DNA from: the human T2T-CHM13v2.0 reference genome, Homo sapiens
Assembly: GCF_009914755.1 (NCBI RefSeq)
Contig: NC_060947.1
Length of the DNA: 64,000 bases
Direction: 5' to 3' (one strand)
This document shows positions 27,835-42,945 of this stretch, in pieces. The position numbers and the translations under genes were made by a program. Within the stretch, counting starts at the first letter, position 1; each line of letters opens with the position of its first letter. Under the pieces are notes generated by a model. The model did not search any database and had not been told where the DNA came from. It was given only the letters and a program-made list of their open reading frames with translations.

Positions 27835-28730
27835 GGCACTGCACCATGAGCTGGGGATAAAATGGTGAACAAGATAGACACAATTCTTGTCCTCATGGAG
27901 CTTACAGTGTGGTGAAAGAACATAGATAAGCAAACACTCAATCCACACAGTTATCCCACAATACAGTATAATACCCTATGTTATGAACAAGTCATTTTTG
28001 AGAAACTGAAAGAAGCTCAGTATTCCTGGAGCACAGGGTTTGAAGGGCTGACTGGTGAGAGATAAATTAGGAAGAGGTTAGCAGGGGCCCCTACCATACA
28101 GGACCTTTACAGGACCTTTTAAGCCCAAGGAATCTGAAATTCATCTTAAATGCAATGGGGATCCATTAAAAGATTTCAAGCAGAAGAGATTTAGAACCAG
28201 ATTTTCACTTTGGGAAAATTACTGTGGTTGCAATATAGAGAGTGGTTTGAAGAGGAGAAAATTGAGGTATAGTTTGTAGACAATTTTAATAATCTATTTG
28301 GAAGTATATCTTCTGAATCCAGGGGGATGGAAAAGGTGGGTGGATTTGGGAGATATATAAGAGGCAGACGTTACAGGACTTTGTAACTGATTAGACGTGG
28401 GGAGTGAGGGAGAGAGAAGAGTCACAGATGATGCCAAGCTTTCTGGTTTGTACAACTGAGTGGATGGTAATGCCTTTCACTGAAGAGGGGATTCAGGAGG
28501 GGCAGGATTTAAGGAGCACATCACCAATTCTGTTCTGGATACATGCAGGTTGAGAGAATTGTGGGGTTTCCAAGTAGAATACCATCTAGACAATTGGATA
28601 TATGGGTGTGAAGCTTAGAAGAAAACTCTGGGCTACAGATACAGATTTGGAAACTGTCAGCACGTAGAGATGGTAATCAGAGCTATGGACATCCATGAGA
28701 GTGCCCTGGAAATACATAAAGAGTGAAAAT
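27835..28730 (-). mobile_element. L2
   Basis: TGTCCTCATGGAGCTTACAGT and GGATGGTAATGCCTTTCACTGA. Confidence 0.8.
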
Positions 28731-29234
28731 AGAAGTTGCTACTTGGTTACATCATAATAGCTGCTGAGGTGCCACAGTTTACCTATCCAAATGAGCAGAT
28801 TGAAGGAAATAGTAATTTTCATATAGAGAGTGGACACTTATTTGCTAACTACACTAATGCTCTAAATTGTAAGGCTTTTTTTCTGGACAAGTGAGCCAAA
28901 CCATTCCATCCCTAGAGACAGCCATATCCCTATTTCCTTCAGTGAAGAAAGTCTATTCCATGTAATCGACAGTAGGCTTCATCTTGAAAACCACCAATTT
29001 CTTTGAGTTTTAATTCTTGTTTTTCAAGATGAAGTCCACTTTTCCACTTTTTGGTTCACTGCATGGTCCAAGATGATTTTAGGAACCATCGCAAGGACAG
29101 TGGAACAGTCTTTCTGTAAAATTACTGAACTATGTCAGTGTATTGTAAAACCATATGAAACAATATTCTTTTAACCCCAGCAAAACTCAAATATGTACCC
29201 ATCTCGCCATTATTCTAATTTCCCCTACTCATAG

Positions 29235-29363
29235 AAGAATGCTGAATCCTCCACTGGAAATATTTGGGACAGAAACTCAAATACTGACAAGCTTCAAGGA
29301 CTTCAAATAGCTATTTCTCATGTGTCAATAGATGCTCAAGGTTGTTGGTCTAGAAAGGAACAG
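29235..29363 (+). CDS. Candidate 129-nt symmetric exon (KNAESSTGNIWDRNSNTDKLQGLQIAISHVSIDAQGCWSRKEQ)
   Basis: Branch-like TTCTAAT, acceptor TTTTCCCCTACTCATAG, donor CAG/GTACAT, open only in phase 0; product not recognised. Confidence 0.25.
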
Positions 29364-30442
29364 GTACATATATTCTTCAGAAGGAAAGCCAAGATTTTGT
29401 TCAATTCATCAGAGCCTACCAGACTAAAGTTGCCAGAATCAAAACACAATTTTGAAGAAGATCCCCTTTGCATTTATTAATTGTCAAATAAGCAGTAAGA
29501 TTTTTGATTAGAATGTATAAATATTTCATAATCTTTGGGCTTTCATTGAAAAATAATAGCCTTTGGAGGTTGAGAAGGAATTGTGAGTGACTATAGAAAA
29601 GCATAGCCCCGCTTTTCTTAACTAATTTGTTTACTGAGAGAAATATGTGGAATAAAGATAAATCTGGATCATTAGGCAAATTGGCCATTTTCCTTTGTTT
29701 TTAATGAAAATTCAAATAAAGAAAGTTGGAAAAACAGAACAATGGACACCCATGTACCATGTACCTAGAATCATCAATTATTTACACTTTCTCAAATTGG
29801 TTCTCTTTCTCTCTCCCTCTTTCTCTGTATACATAAAAATTTCCCCCAAACCATTTGAAAGTAAATTGTAGCCATTATGACTCTTCACCCCTAAATACTT
29901 CAGCACGTATTTCTTAAGAACATGGCCATAATGAGAATACATAATGAGATATCATTTTTACACCAAAGAAATTAATATTGTTATAATAATATCTATTTTG
30001 AAATCTGTATTTAAAATATCCCCATTGTCCCTAGTAACAGCTTTTATAGCTATTTTTTAAAAATCCAGGATGCTTTTGAGGACCGCATATTGCACTTAAC
30101 CATGGTGCCTTTTATTTTCTTTAATCTAGAACAATTTTTGAAGTTATTTTCTGGGAAGGTCGAGGAGGGAACTTTTACGACAATGACATTTTTGAGGAGT
30201 CCAGACAAGTTGTTTTGTTGTCTCACAGTTCAAATTTGTCCAAATATTTGCTTATGGTTAGATTCAGTTACACATTTTTTGCAAGAATCGCTAGTGTGTA
30301 GTGTTCAGTGCATCACATCGGGATGCATATTGTCTCAGGCTTTCTCATCATTGCACTGAATTTGAACACTTGGCTAAGGTAAGTGTTGAATGGATTTCTC
30401 CATTGGACCTTTTCTCCTTTGCGCCTAAAAAGTGTTCTATGG

Positions 30443-30476
30443 TCAGAGGAGATTGGGCACGTTCAGGTTGGTATGG
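30443..30476 (-). pseudogene. 5S rRNA fragment (nt ~9-42)
   Basis: Reverse complement CCATACCAACCTGAACGTGCCCAATCTCCTCTGA matches recalled human 5S CCATACCACCCTGAACGCGCCCGATCTCGTCTGA at 30/34; 3 of the 4 differences are at CpGs. Confidence 0.85.
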
Positions 30477-30637
30477 AGAGGGAGAGTATTAGGACAAATA
30501 CCTAATGCATGCGGGGCTTAAAACCTAGATGACGTGTTGACAGGTGCAGCAAACCACCATGGCACATGTATACCTATGTAACAAACCTGCACATTCTGCA
30601 CGTGTATCCCGGAACTTAAAGTAAAAAAAAAAAAAAA
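30477..30637 (+). mobile_element. 5'-truncated L1PA (L1PA8-like) 3' end
   Basis: TTAGGACAAATACCTAATGCATGCGGGGCTTAAAACCTAGATGA plus A tail; TSD AAAAAGTG(T/G)TCTATGGT at 30427-30443 and 30633-30649. Confidence 0.9.
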
Positions 30638-30744
30638 GTGGTCTATGGTGAAGAAAGCAAGACTGTGTGTAAATATCTTGTTCTTCAACAAGCTTTTCAC
30701 CAAAGTTTGAATAAATTATTACAGTGGTGGTTGCAAAATGATAA

Positions 30745-31148
30745 CGTATTAGTCTGTTCTGGCGCTGCTATGAAGAAATACCTGAGACTGGGTAACTTAT
30801 AAAGAAAAGAGGTTTAATTGGCTCATGGTTCTGCAGACTGTACAGGAAGCATGGTGGCATCTCCTTCTAGGGGAGCTTCAGGGAGCTTTTACTCATGGTG
30901 TAAGGTGAAGAAGGAGCAGGGGTCTTACATGGCAGGAGCAGAAGGAACAGAAAAAGGAAGGAGGTAGTAGGTACTTTTAAATAACTAAATCTCATGAGAA
31001 CTCAGAATTCACCTACTATCAAGAGAACAGCATCAAGAGGGAAATCAGACCCCATGATCCAATCCCCTTCCACCAGGCCCCACCTCCAACACTGGGGAGT
31101 ATAATTTGACATGACATTTGGGCGGAGACACAGATCCAAACCATATCA
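30745..31148 (-). mobile_element. MSTA/MSTB solo LTR
   Basis: GTATTAGTCTGTT...CAGATCCAAACCATATCA; TSD GATAA/GATAG. Confidence 0.88.
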
Positions 31149-31779
31149 GATAGTGTTCTAATTTTTATCATTTTCTTATGGTTGTTAGCTGGCATTCTTC
31201 TGAGAAAAAATACTTTGCCTCCCTCCTCTTTTCTAGAGTATCACTGTAGACTTTTGAATATTTATTGTAAAAGTCAACGTGTTATAATGTATTACCATTA
31301 TTATTTACTTTGATGTTCAAATTGACCCAAAGTTGTCCACTCTGGCCATTTTTGTTTGAGAAGGAATACAGGTAGAAGTCAAGGGAATACAGTTACTCAT
31401 ACAGTAAAGAAGGGGATGATCAAAGATGAAATGCTGGAATATTAGGATACATTCCAATCTCATTATGCCACAGGGCTTAGGAACATCTCTTTCTTTCCTT
31501 CTCTGAAAACAACAAAGACTTGCTTCCATACTTCTCAGCTTCTCTAAGGAAGGGTTTTAATATTCCTGCTTACAGAGACTGCTGGCAACTACTTTCCTCC
31601 AAGGTAATTTGGTCCTGCCTCTAGGCCTAGTCTTGGCCCATCCATCTAAGATAATACCTTGTCTTATCCTTATTTGCTGCTATGACTGAGCATGGTGTGG
31701 TCTAATCTCAAATTCTGTTTTTCTGCCTGCTACAGGGTTGATTTTGCTTCCAAAAAAAAAAAAAAAAAAGAAAGTATCT

Positions 31780-32270
31780 ATACTAGTTAGGATATTGCTA
31801 CAGCTGTTGTAACAGAGAAACCCAAACTAATAGTGGCTTAAACAAGATGGAAGTTTTTAATTTCCTTTTAATATAAAAATCTAGGTAGACCATTCAAGGA
31901 TGGTATATTGGCTCCATAATCATCTTGGACTCAAGCACCTTCTATCTTGTTTGTTTCTCCTCTACATTTAATTCATTGCTTCCAACTTATGTCCAAGATG
32001 TTTGCTTCAGTTCCCACCGTCATGCCAGCGTTCTAATAAATAGGAATGAGCCAAGTGCAAGGTGAGGGCAGGCCTCTGCTCTATAAGGGCACAACCTGAA
32101 AGTTGAACATACTACTTCCATTCACATTCCATTGGCCAGAACTGGATAATTTATTATACCTAGCTGCAAAGGTGGTTGGGTAATGTATTCTGGGTGGTCA
32201 TGTACCATTGCCATCACTATGAAAGTCAAGGAGAATGGACTTAGGAGGACAACAAGCAGTCTCAGCCACA
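31780..32270 (-). mobile_element. MLT1J/K-like LTR
   Basis: TAGTGGCTTAAACAAGAT, CATTCCATTGGCCAGAAC and CAGTCTCAGCCACA. Confidence 0.75.
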
Positions 32271-33769
32271 GCCTCTTGTTTAAATTCTCAGAAATAAATT
32301 CTCAGAAAATTTACACAGCGATAATTTTAATCATGCAAAAACCAGTGTCAGTTTTCAACTGAGCCTCACACCCTCCTATACAAACCCATATAGAAGGGAT
32401 GCAAGAGGGAAAGTGTCAGATGGCATTGGTAGGCTTCTGACATGTTCTGTTTTCTAGCCATAGGGCTGTGTGTATGCCTAAAGCTCACTAGAGTAGTCTA
32501 CTTGGAAAAATTAGATCAAACACATCTGGGGATAGAAGATCCATTAATATATAATGTTCCAACTTTAGAGATGCTTGATCCTAATTTCTTTAAGATTTTA
32601 TAGCAGTTTGGGTTTCATAGACAGAAACTGCTGAGTCACAGTGCAAGCAACCCAGACTATCTTGTCATAAATCTTTTTTTTTTTTTTTGTTTTTGGGCTG
32701 GAAAAATAAGTCGGTGGGAGCTTAATTAGTATACACTATGTGGGAATGAGTCACGATCAGTTAAAAACATTTTCTTTTTTCCTGGCCACACCTACCTAAT
32801 ATTCAGGCTGATGTAGGCATGAGCATATCACTCCAAGCGAAATGTCTGGGCAGCCACCTCCTTCTATCCCCGATTCCCCAGCTTCCTTATAACAATTAGA
32901 AAGACACTTACTTCCCTTTACTCTTTTCTTTCTTTCCAACCTACCACTGCTTTATTGGAAAGCATTAGCATTGGAGTAGGTTGTTGAAACAGTGAAGATA
33001 AGTTGTTAGATGGTAGAAATAAAGCCTCATGACAGTTCTCAGGATTGATGGCATTAATAGTAACAAATATCATGTACCCTACTCTTAATTGCCAGCGGCC
33101 TTGTTTAGCAATTCATCATCCCTACTCGGAAAGGAACAATTGTGATACTACTAAAAGGCAGCTGGGTGGAGAGAACCTATGTTGTCTTTCAGTAAATGCC
33201 TGAGAAGGTCAAGGACTTTACAGATTAAAATTCTTTGTATGAGTTAAGTTCAGTAAAAAACTAACATTGATAAAGATTTTGTTCAACGTATTATTTCCTA
33301 GATTAGTGAATTTTAATCAGAAGCAGTAACTATGAAATGAGTCAACTTAAAAAAAGAACTTAGTATGAATATATCAAATTTTCTACATCTAAGGGATGGT
33401 TTCCTTCAAAGAAAGATGGAGATCTAGTCAGTGAAATAAATGGTTTAGGTTTAAAAATCTACAATGACCCCTAGACCTTTGCACTCAGGCTGTGTACTTA
33501 ATGAATGTAGCCCTCAAACTTAGATTTCAGGGACTGTCTTGTGACTAAATATCTAGCTAAATTAACAACAACCTGAGTAAGTCTGTGACGACCTAGTGAG
33601 CCAGCCTAAAAAGAAAGAAAACTCAGAGTCTGGTTCCAACAACACAAGGCAGGTATGTGCCAGATCCAACTGCACTTCTGTGCTGTTCTAATTTCTGGTT
33701 GGACATGTGATCATTACAGGGAGAGAACTCTGTTTTGTCAGGAACATGGAAGTAGAAAACGTGGACATG

Positions 33770-34660
33770 TATTCATGCAATTGTCCTTTCATCTAACATT
33801 TATTGAGCTCCTACTGGGAGTCAGACATTGTGTTAGGCTGTGGGGATAGATCAAAACCCTTTTCAGTCCAGCCAGAGGAAACAGACATATAATCACATAC
33901 ATCACGTGATAAATGTTGGGTCAGTGCTTCTTAAATGTTAATATGCATAAGAATCACCTGGAGAGCTTGAGGAAACACATGTCCAGATGGAAGCACATGC
34001 AGGACATGGTAGGTACATGAAGAGGCAGCCATCTGTTTTATCTGAAGGCAGTGCTTGAAGGGAGTCTCAAAAAATAAAATATGTAGATATTCATCAGGCA
34101 AAAAAGGGGAAGTGGAGAGAATTCAGAAACACAATTTGCTATGTTCAGGGCACAATGTGTGACAGATAAGAATGTAGAGATAGGTGTGGATTACATCATG
34201 GGTCTTAAGTGCCATGCTGAGGAGTTGAAATTTTATCCTGTGCACAATGGAGAGCCAGTGATAGTTTTAAGCAAGGGAATAAGCCAGCAGGTATTTAGTG
34301 AAAAATATTCCCATGAGAGGAAACAACAAGGGTTAAGACCTTGAAGTTGAAGTATCCTTGGCCTGTTCATGGACAAGCAAGGAGGCCAGTGTAGGTGGAA
34401 TACAACGAGTAAGGAAGGCAATACTAGGTGATGAGGTTAGAGAAGTTATCAAGGGGCCAGATCATGTAGGGCCATAGGGATCATGGCAAGAACACTGGAT
34501 TTTATTTTAAGCCTTTTGAGCATGGGTATGATATGATATGATATGACTTAGATCTGAAAGTATCATTCTGGCTACCATATGCACTGTAAAAGGGCAATAC
34601 TGGAGGCAAGAGAGCAGTTAGGAGACCACCGTAGGAGTCTAGGGAAGAGTTGATGGTGGC
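33770..34660 (-). mobile_element. L2 fragments with MER5A-like piece (~33922-33970) and (GATAT)n
   Basis: ACATTTATTGAGCTCCTACT; GGCCAGATCATGTAGGGCC; AGAATCACCTGGAGAGCTTG. Confidence 0.7.
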
Positions 34661-34669
34661 TTGGACAAG

Positions 34670-35378
34670 GGGGTTTTTGACAAATTCATATATCCACACA
34701 TCCACCACTAAAGTCACGGCATAAAACAGTTTCATATTCTAAACATTGCCTCATACTGCCTCTTTGTAGTCACACTAGTCCCTCAAGCCCAATAGCTGGT
34801 AACCACTGATGTGTTTTCTGCCCCTATGGTTTTGTCTTTTCCAGAATTTTACATAAATGGAATCATATGGTTTGTAGACTTTTGTGTCTGGCTTCTTTCT
34901 CTAAGCAAAATGCATTTGACATTCATCTATGATGTATGAATCAAAGTTTATTTATTTTATTAATAACTGCTGGGTAGAATTCCACTATATAGATGTACCT
35001 CAGTTTGTTTTTCTATTCACCAACTGAAGGACATTTGGGTTGCTTCCAGTTTTTGGTGATTATGAATAAAGTGTCTATAAATATTTGTGCACAGGCTTTT
35101 GTATGAACATAAGTTTTCTTTTTTGGCAAATGTCTGGGAATATGATTGGTATATGTGGTAAGTGCATGTTCAACTTTATAGAAACTGCCAAACTGCTTTC
35201 CATAGCAGCTGTATCATTTTGCATTCCTGCCAGCAATGCAAGAGAGTTCCAGTTGCTCTGTAACCTTGTCAGTATTTAATATTGTTGGTACTTTTTACTT
35301 TAGTCATTCTCTTAGGTATGAAGTGGTATCTCATTGTGATTTTAATTTGTATTTTCCTAACAACTAATGATGTTGAGC
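34670..35378 (-). mobile_element. L1MC/MD-like 3' part
   Basis: GGACATTTGGGTTGCTTCCAGTTTTTGG...CTAATGATGTTGAGCA. Confidence 0.8.
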
Positions 35379-36783
35379 AAAGTAGAGCCAGATTTACTGA
35401 TGTGATGGATGTGGAATGCGAAAGACAGTGAGGAGTTAAGGATGATTTCAAGGACTTTGGCCTGAGCGAAATAATAGTGAAAGAGGTGGATAGAATTTAG
35501 AAACAGGGTTAAATGTGACATGATCTCAGTGGTTCTGGAAAAACTCGGAAATAGTCATTAGGAAAGAGAAAATGGGTGTTGTTATTGGGCAAAGGAAAAG
35601 TGATAGCATACTTCTATCCCACATGCCCATCAGGAACTGTGAATAAGATTTATTCAGAGCAAATAGAACTGAAGATGATTAAAGAACTTTTATGGGTGGT
35701 GTGTGGGTGGAAAATGAAAGGTGTTACCCTCAAGGAAAGACATGTCAGTCTGGGAAAAGCAGGCTCCTGTTAACATCGCAGGGATGTGATTCACTATGAA
35801 AACCTGAAACCGGTTTTATAGCCTGCGTGGGTGGTGGCTGGGGCACAGTTGTTTTAACTGACACAGAGTAGGCAGAAGGTGACCGATTGGATAATGGAAC
35901 CTGGTACCTAAGTATAATGGACCATGGCGTCATCTTGAATAAGCAAATCTAAGGAAACGGTTACACTGGCCCATACCAAGCAGAATCACAGGAAAACTGA
36001 CAAAGCAAGGAGGCCTGGCAGAAATATTATGCCCTGGTTTCTTTCTGGCTTCTCAGAGGGACCCAGGCTAATTATTCATGGTTGGATTGTCAGTCATCTC
36101 TGGTTCAGATATTGGTGATGGTCATTTAAGAAACAATAAAAGAGAGATTATCTGGAATCTTCTGACTCTGGTGCCATGGTGACAGGTTCCACTAAAAGAA
36201 GACACAGAGAGATTTTCTCACCATGTTTCTGGGATGCTTCGTTGCCCAATTTCTAATTCTACTTTGGCTTTTCCCTCCATTCAGCTTTCCACCTTTATTT
36301 TTACTTATTGTTTTACCAATGAAAATAGCTTTTAAAACATTTTTGCTTTTCAAAAAATCCAAACTATTTAGAAAAACATGTATGGAAGAAAACAAAAGTT
36401 TTCTGAAATCTCACCACCCCAGGATCCTCACCATTAATGTTTTGGGAGACTATCCTTTCATGTTGATGCATGCATATTTACATGGGTACTTTTACTTAAA
36501 AGAGAAAATATGATACACACTATCTTTTAAATTGTGGACAATTTTTTTTGAACAGGATTTTTCTTTTTAAAAAATTTAAATTTTTTTATTCTTAATTTTT
36601 GTGGGTACATAGTAGGTGTATATATTTATGGGGGTACATGAGATGTTTTGATACAGACATGCATTGAAAAAATGAATTTTGTTTAATTTTTTATTGATAC
36701 TTCAACCTCCCACTGACACCTCCACTAACCTGTATAAATGACTTGGTATTTATTTTCCCAGACCTTTTCTCAAGATCATAGAA

Positions 36784-36786
<3 letters not shown>

Positions 36787-36832
<46 letters not shown>
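36787..36832. repeat. (CA)n microsatellite, ~23 units
   Basis: Uninterrupted CA run. Confidence 0.97.
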
Positions 36833-36836
<4 letters not shown>

Positions 36837-36884
36837 TAAGAATCATTTAACAGAAACAGGATCTAGGTATGTAAGCACTATACT

Positions 36885-39070
<2,186 letters not shown>

Positions 39071-39099
39071 AAATGGAAAAACCCAAATCCCAGAATCTT

Positions 39100-40520
39100 T
39101 GTGATGTATCTTCCTTTTCTCATTGTACATTGCTTTTTTTTTTTGCCTCATTCTTTTCTATATCTGCCTAATATTCCATTCTCCAATTAGTTTACATTAC
39201 TTTATTTTCATGGGTTTTTTTTGGGACTACTAACATTGCTGCAATAAACATCTTTGGATATATTCCATATACATGGGAGATTTGTTTTTCAATTGGTGTT
39301 TTTATTTCTATGCATTAGAGTTCAAGGAGTAGGATTTCTGAGTTGAAAAGTATATGTAATTACAGTTTTAATAAATATTGCCAAATTACTTTCTAAAAAA
39401 TTATTCATGATATCTTCTTCTTATATTTTTAGTGTCTTTTGGATCTGTAATGATGTCCTCTTTTTCATTCCCCATATTGGTAATTGATAATTTTGTTCTC
39501 TTTATTTCTTGATCAGTTTTGCTAGGAGTTTATTGGTTATATTCATCTTTTTAGGAAATATTTTTTGGCTGTGGTAATTTTCTTTTTTGCACAATTGTTT
39601 TTTATATTATGGTGCTCTATTCTCATCTTTATTATTTATTTCCTTCTTCTTTCTTTGGGTTTGATTTGCTGCTTTTTTCTTAGCTTTCTGTAGTGGATAT
39701 TTAGATGACTTATTTATTATTCAGCCTTGTTCATTTTCTAATTTATGCATTTATGGTTACATGTTTCTCTCTAAGCACTGAATTCTATAAGCTTTTGATA
39801 TGTTGTATCTTCATTACCATATGGTTCATATATTTTCTAATATCCCTTGCAATTTCTTCTTTGTCCCATGGATTATTCAGAAGCATGCTGATTAATTCTA
39901 ACACATTTGGGGATTTTATTTCCAGTTTAATTCACCTGTTTAGGTAATTCAATTTGTGTCTGATTTTAACCATTTGAAATTTGTTGAGACTTGACTAATG
40001 GCTCTACCTTATGTTCTATTTTGGCAAAAGTTCCATATTCACTTGAAAAGAATGTTTATTCTGCAGTTTATTGCAATGTTCTATATATGTCTATTAGGGA
40101 AAGTTTTTAGTCCTGTTGTTCAATTCTTCTACATTCTTAATGATACCATTAGTTACTAAAAAGAGGTGTATTAAAATTTCTAAATATTATTTCTGATTTC
40201 CCTATAATTTTCTTCTAAGTTTTGCCAATTTTGCTATACATATTTTAAGCTTTTTTATTAGTCACATACAAATCTAGGATTGTTATAGCTTCCTGTTGAA
40301 TTGAACGCTTTATTGTTATAAAATATCATTCTTTATCTCAAATAATATTTCTTGCTTTAAATAATATTCTATCTAATATTATAGTTGTACCAGTTTTCCT
40401 TTGGTTAGTATTTTTCCTTCCTTTTAGTTTCTTACTTTCTGTGTCATTATATATAAAGTGGTCTCTTGTAAGCAGTGTATAGTTGATTTAAAAATTCCAG
40501 TCTGATAAATTTGTCTTTTA
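39100..40520 (-). mobile_element. Old L1M fragments; host resumes at ~42950
   Basis: T-rich antisense ORF2 text (TTTGAAATTTGTTGAGACTT, CACTTGAAAAGAATG). Confidence 0.7.
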
Positions 40521-41473
40521 TTTTCTATTTTACTTTTTTTGGTTATTATTTTTAATTGATACATAATGATTGTATACATTTTGGAGATACAGTGTGATAT
40601 TTCAATACAAGTATATAATATGTGATGAGCAAATCAGGGTAATTAGGATAGCCATTACCTCAAACATTTATCTTTTCTTTATGTTGGGAACATTCAAAAA
40701 CCTCTCTTCCAGCTATTTGGAAATATGCAATAAATTATTAACTATAGTCACCCTACCAAACTATCAAAAACTAGCTCATGTTTCTTCTAATTGCATTTTT
40801 TGTACCTATTAATCAACCTCTTTTCATCCTCCCTCTCCCCTACCTTTCCCAGTCTCTGGTAACCACTAATCTACTCTGTAGCTTCATGAGATCCACTTTT
40901 TTAGCTTTCACATATGAATGAGAAGATGCAGTATCTGTCTTTCTGTGCCTAGCTTATCTCACCTAACACAATGTTCTCCAGACTCATCCATATTGACATG
41001 AATAACAGAATTTCATTCTTTTCTATAACTGAATAATGTTCCATTGTGTATATATACCACATTTTCTTTATTCACTCATCTATTGATGGATACTTCAGTT
41101 GATTACATATGTTGAATTGTGAATAGTGCTGCAATAAACATGGGAGTGCATATATCTATTGGACATAGGGACTTCCTTTCCTTATGATATATACCCAGCA
41201 GTGGGATTGCTGGATCATATGGTAGTTCTATAGTTAGTTTTCTGAAGAATTTTTATATTGTTTTCCATAATGGTTGTACTAGTTTACATTCCTACCAACA
41301 GTGTACAAGAGTTCCCTTTTTCCACATCCTCACCAGCATTTTTTTTTGTCTTTTTTATAATAACCATTTTAACTGGAGTGAGATGATATCTCATTATGGT
41401 TTTTATTTGCATTTCCCTAATGATTAGTGATGCTGACCATTTTTCTTTTTTTTTACATTTATTCTGGCCATTT
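40521..41473 (-). mobile_element. L1MA 3' end (element A, non-inverted part)
   Basis: Degenerate poly-T, then antisense L1MA 3'UTR to TGGCCATTT. Confidence 0.85.
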
Positions 41474-42945
41474 AGGCACCGAGAACATACACTGGGTAAA
41501 GAACAGTTTTCAATATATGGTGCTGGGAAAACTGGATAAACACATGCAAAGGAATAAAATTAGAACTCTTTCCCTCACCATATACAAAAATCAACCCCAG
41601 ATGGTTTAAAGACTTAAATGGAAGACCTGAAACTCTGAAGCTACTAGAAGAAAACCTAGGGGAAATGCTTCAGAACATTGGTGGGAAAAGATTTTATGGA
41701 TAAGACCTCAAAAGCACAGGCAACAAAAGCAAAAATAGACAAATAGAATATATCAAATTGAAAAGCTTCTGCATAGCAAAAGAAACAATCAACAGATTGA
41801 AGAGACAACCTACATAATGGGAGGGACTATTTTCAAACTATCCATCTGACAAGGGGTTTATAACTAAAGTGTATAAGGAACTGAAACAACTCAATTGCAA
41901 AAAAAAAAAATCTGATTTAAAACTGAGTAAAAGATGTGAATAAACATTTTTCAAAAGAAGACATACAAATGGCCAACAGGTACATGAAAAAATGCTCATT
42001 GCTACTAATCATCAGGGAAATGCAAATCAAAACTACAATAAGATATCATCTCACCCCAGTTAAAAGAACTTTTATCAAAAAGACAAAAAATAATGGATGC
42101 TGGTAAGAATGCAGATTAACGTGCAGAACCCTTGTACACTGTTGGTAGGAATGTAAATTAGTGCAGCCACTATGGAAAACAGCAATGAGGTTAATCAAAA
42201 ACCTAAAAATAGAACTACTATATGATCCAGCAATCTCACTGCTAGGTGTATATCTAAAAAAAAAAAGGAATTAATATATCAAAGAAATATCTGCATTCCT
42301 ATGTTTATTGCAGCACTATTCATAATAGTCAAGATGTGGAATCAACCTTGGTGTTCATAAACAGATGAATGAATAAAGAAAATGTGGTATAGAGACACAA
42401 TGGAATATTATTCAGCCATAAAAAAGAATGAAATTCTATCCTTTGTGGAGACATAAATGAACCGGGAATACATTAGCGAAATAATCCAGGCACAGAAAGG
42501 CAAATATCACATGTTCTCACTCATATGTGGGAGCTAAATAAGTGGATCTCATTGAGATAGGGAGTAGATTGGTGGTTACCAGAGGCTGGGAAGGGTAGGG
42601 AAAGGGGAGGATGAAGAGAGGTTGATTAGCAGGTATAAAAATACAGTTAGATAAAGGAATAAAATCTAGAGTTTGATAGTTCCGTAGGGCAACTATAGCT
42701 AACAATCATTTATTGTATATTTCAAAATAGCTAGAAGAATTAGAATGTTCCCAACACAAAGATAAATGTTTGAGGTGATGTATATCCTAATTACATTGAT
42801 TTGATCATTACATATTGTATGCATTATCAAAATATCACATGTACCCCCAAATATGTACAACTGTTATGCATCAATAAAAACAAAACAAAACAATCTGATT
42901 TAAAAGTGAGCAAATGATTTGAAAAGACATTCTCAAAAGAAGATA
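41474..42945 (+). mobile_element. L1MA: inverted 5' segment of element A plus a second L1MA 3' end (element B)
   Basis: Sense ORF2 end and 3'UTR with tail at ~42873-42891, then a repeat of the 41909-41965 L1 segment. Confidence 0.8.

Larger units (their letters stand above)
29715..31345 (-). mobile_element. L1MC4/5-like 3'UTR hosting an L1PA chimera and an MST LTR
   Basis: AACCATTTGAAAGTAAATTG...TTCACCCCTAAATACTTCAGCA. Confidence 0.7.

Noticed and set aside
29416-29688. 90-aa minus-strand ORF in unique DNA
   Set aside because: Composition typical of AT-rich noncoding DNA; no recognisable domain or splice support
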